Assembly: GCA_937889515.1 (NCBI GenBank)
Contig: CALAOV010000342.1
Location: 3,993 to 67,992, forward strand
Direction: 5' to 3'
Length of the DNA stretch: 64,000 nt
Source: an uncultured Myxococcales bacterium
GTDB lineage: Bacteria; Myxococcota_A; Polyangia; Fen-1088
Position numbers and translations under genes: made by a program. Below the pieces are notes generated by a model that saw only the letters and a list, made by a program, of their open reading frames with translations, did not search any database and was not told the origin of the DNA. Within the stretch, counting starts at the first letter, position 1. The number at the start of each line of letters is the position of its first letter. Of the stretch, positions 62,607-64,000 are shown piece by piece.

Positions 62607-63659
62607 CTACGGCTTCGCCGTGCTGGCGAAGCGCTTCTCGGGGGAGATCGCTTCCAGCCGGTCGCGGCCCTGCACGGTGATCATCCAGCCGGGGTATTCT
62701 GGCGGCAGCGCGCTGGCGGTGTCGAGGCGCTCGAGCTGCGCGGCCGAGAGCTTCAACTCGGCGGCCGCCAGGTTGTCGCGCAGCTGGGTCTCGTTGCGGG
62801 CGCCGACGATGACGCTGGTGGTGACCTTCTGGTGCAATAGCCAGCTCAGGGCCACACGCGCCACCGAGACCTCGTGTTCCCGCGCCACCTCGGCCAGCAC
62901 GTCGAGGACGGCGTAGCCGCGCGTCTCGTCGACCGGCGGGAAATTGAAGCTCACCCGTCGGGCGCCCTCGGGTCCCTTCCGATCGCGCGCGAACTTCCCG
63001 CTCAGAAAGCCGCCCGCGAGCGGGCTCCAGATCAGGAGCCCCACCCCCTCCGATTCCATCAGCGGGACGAGCTCCCGCTCCAGATCGCGGCCGGCGATCG
63101 AATAGTAGGACTGGATCGTCTCGAAGCGCGCCAGGCGGTCGCGCTCGCTGATGCCGAGCGCCTTCATGAGATGCCACGCAGCCAGGTTGGACGCGCCGAT
63201 GTAGCGGACCTTGCCCGCCCGCACCAGATCGTCGAGGGCACGCAGCGTCTCTTCCCAGGGCGTGAGCGCGTCGTAGCCGTGGATCTGGTACAGGTCGATG
63301 TAGTCGGTCCCGAGCCGCCGCAGGCTGCCGTCGATCGCGTCCAGAATGTGGCCCCGCGACAGCCCGACGGCGTTGGGTCCCGGGCCGACCCGCCCGCGCA
63401 CCTTGCTGGCGACCACCAACTCCTTGCGCCTGGCGCCGAGCGCCTTGCCCAGGATCGTCTCGGCGTTCCCCATCGAGTAGGTGTCGGCCGTGTCGAAGAA
63501 GTTGATGCCGGCGTCGAGGCAGATGCCCACCAGCCGGTCCGCCTCCGCCTGCGCGGTGCTGCCGATCGCCTGGTAGATCCCGTCGCCGCCGAACGTCATC
63601 GTGCCGAAGCAGAGCTCCGAGACCCGCAGACCGGTTCTACCCAAGGACCGTTGGTTCAT
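62607..63659 (-). CDS. Aldo/keto reductase (Tas/YajO-like)
   Basis: MNQRSLGRTGLRVSELCFGTMTFGG, DTADTYS, IDLYQIHG and IGASN. An alternative ATG lies 12 nt upstream (63671). Confidence 0.85.
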   Translation of the reverse strand: MNQRSLGRTGLRVSELCFGTMTFGGDGIYQAIGSTAQAEADRLVGICLDAGINFFDTADTYSMGNAETILGKALGARRKELVVASKVRGRVGPGPNAVGLSRGHILDAIDGSLRRLGTDYIDLYQIHGYDALTPWEETLRALDDLVRAGKVRYIGASNLAAWHLMKALGISERDRLARFETIQSYYSIAGRDLERELVPLMESEGVGLLIWSPLAGGFLSGKFARDRKGPEGARRVSFNFPPVDETRGYAVLDVLAEVAREHEVSVARVALSWLLHQKVTTSVIVGARNETQLRDNLAAAELKLSAAQLERLDTASALPPEYPGWMITVQGRDRLEAISPEKRFASTAKP

Positions 63660-63732
63660 GCGCCCAAACATGGATCACGACGGCGGGCCGTGCCCGTTCG
63701 AGATGCGCGTGGCCCTGGCGAGCGCGCCGGGG

Positions 63733-64000
63733 CTACTGGCAGCCGATCGGGCCCGACGAGAGGGCGACGTCGTCGTACCAGAGGGTCAGGGCGCCGGCGC
63801 CGTAGCTGTCCCAGCCGACGTTGAAATCCGCCAGCATCGTGTAGCGGGAGAGCGAGGCGGTGCTGCCGACCCAGCTGTCGTCGACGTCGGGGGTGGAGAC
63901 GCCGTCCTCGGTCAACCCGGCGATCGAGTTGCCGTCGACCGACACGTTGAGGTGCCCGTTGGTGTTGATGGTGAGCTCGACGCAATACCAGGTGTTGGCG
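63733..64000 (-). CDS. C-terminal part of a probable secreted beta-sandwich (lectin/CBM-like) protein, 5'-truncated by the window edge
   Basis: The frame is open from the window end to the stop at 63733 (...TWYCVELTINTNGHLNVSVDGNSIAG...LWYDDVALSSGPIGCQ*). No start is present in the window. Confidence 0.4.
   Translation of the reverse strand, partial: ANTWYCVELTINTNGHLNVSVDGNSIAGLTEDGVSTPDVDDSWVGSTASLSRYTMLADFNVGWDSYGAGALTLWYDDVALSSGPIGCQ

Noticed and set aside
62577-63177. N-terminal 200 aa of the 507-aa Sir2 ORF
   Set aside because: It overlaps the aldo/keto reductase gene in a different frame. The sirtuin fold starts at the ATG at 62577.
1-64000. Search for tRNA/rRNA genes, CRISPR arrays, IS elements, integrases and prophage hallmarks
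   Set aside because: No T-loop/cloverleaf candidates, spacer-repeat arrays, transposase DDE or tyrosine-recombinase motifs were seen. The window appears to be ordinary chromosomal sequence, not a mobile island.

Overview
This is a very GC-rich (~70%) chromosomal window. The gene content points to Myxococcota: eukaryotic-like Ser/Thr kinases, an AgmX/PglI-like C-terminal domain, an RCC1-repeat lipoprotein and many secreted glycoside hydrolases. I found no rRNA, tRNA, CRISPR array, transposase or integrase. Nearly every long antisense ORF in the six-frame track is a high-GC shadow of a gene recognisable by homology on the other strand, so I used motifs, signal peptides and start/stop overlaps to pick the coding frame.

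Main blocks, in order along the window:
- 39..2987 (minus strand): a Ser/Thr kinase, a DUF748-like membrane protein and a peptidoglycan-binding lipoprotein, coupled as one operon.
- 3206..3412: a tiny secreted protein built from (Thr-X)n hexanucleotide repeats, followed by a clean intrinsic terminator.
- 3502..14484 (minus strand): a trehalose/glycogen cluster of GH15 hydrolase, GDE-type amylo-1,6-glucosidase, glgX/treX, treY and treZ. Start and stop codons overlap at the glgX/treY and treY/treZ junctions (TGATG and GTGA).
- 14701..21644: a holin-like small membrane protein, then tamA and tamB (TTGA overlap).
- 21709..23334: hypothetical and membrane proteins, ending in a structured GC-rich intergenic region with a 6x 8-bp tandem repeat.
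- 23326..29805: a di-haem cytochrome c peroxidase, then two paralogous secreted phosphoesterase-like lipoproteins.
- 29945..32602: an alpha/beta hydrolase, a 7-TM protein and a DUF962-like protein.
- 32599..37882: a membrane-lipid cluster. An N-terminally extended class-III aminotransferase is divergent from psd, with start codons only 20 bp apart. A GT4 glycosyltransferase and an MprF-like flippase-domain protein follow.
- 37985..41776: a secreted DUF2911-like protein, a small di-haem cytochrome c and a GH3 beta-glucosidase.
- 41832..42844: a class-II Fic AMPylase preceded by an AT-rich perfect palindrome.
- 42901..47700 (minus strand): the most unusual locus. An amino-acid ABC transporter (substrate-binding protein fused to permease) sits 14 nt from a protein with a C-terminal diadenylate-cyclase (DAC/DisA_N)-like domain and a novel N-terminal domain. 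That protein is translationally coupled (ATGA, GTGA) to a BNR-repeat lipoprotein and a coiled-coil protein.
- 47762..52462: an RCC1 lipoprotein, a YpfJ-like Zn peptidase and a GH9 glycosyl hydrolase.
- 52547..55146: two tandem paralogous cytoplasmic histidine kinases converging on an orphan receiver.
- 55582..64000: a CHASE3-like sensor diguanylate cyclase, a second Ser/Thr kinase, a GT2 glycosyltransferase with a strong-SD micro-ORF upstream, YoaK/DUF1275, a Sir2 deacylase, an aldo/keto reductase and a 5'-truncated secreted protein at the window edge.
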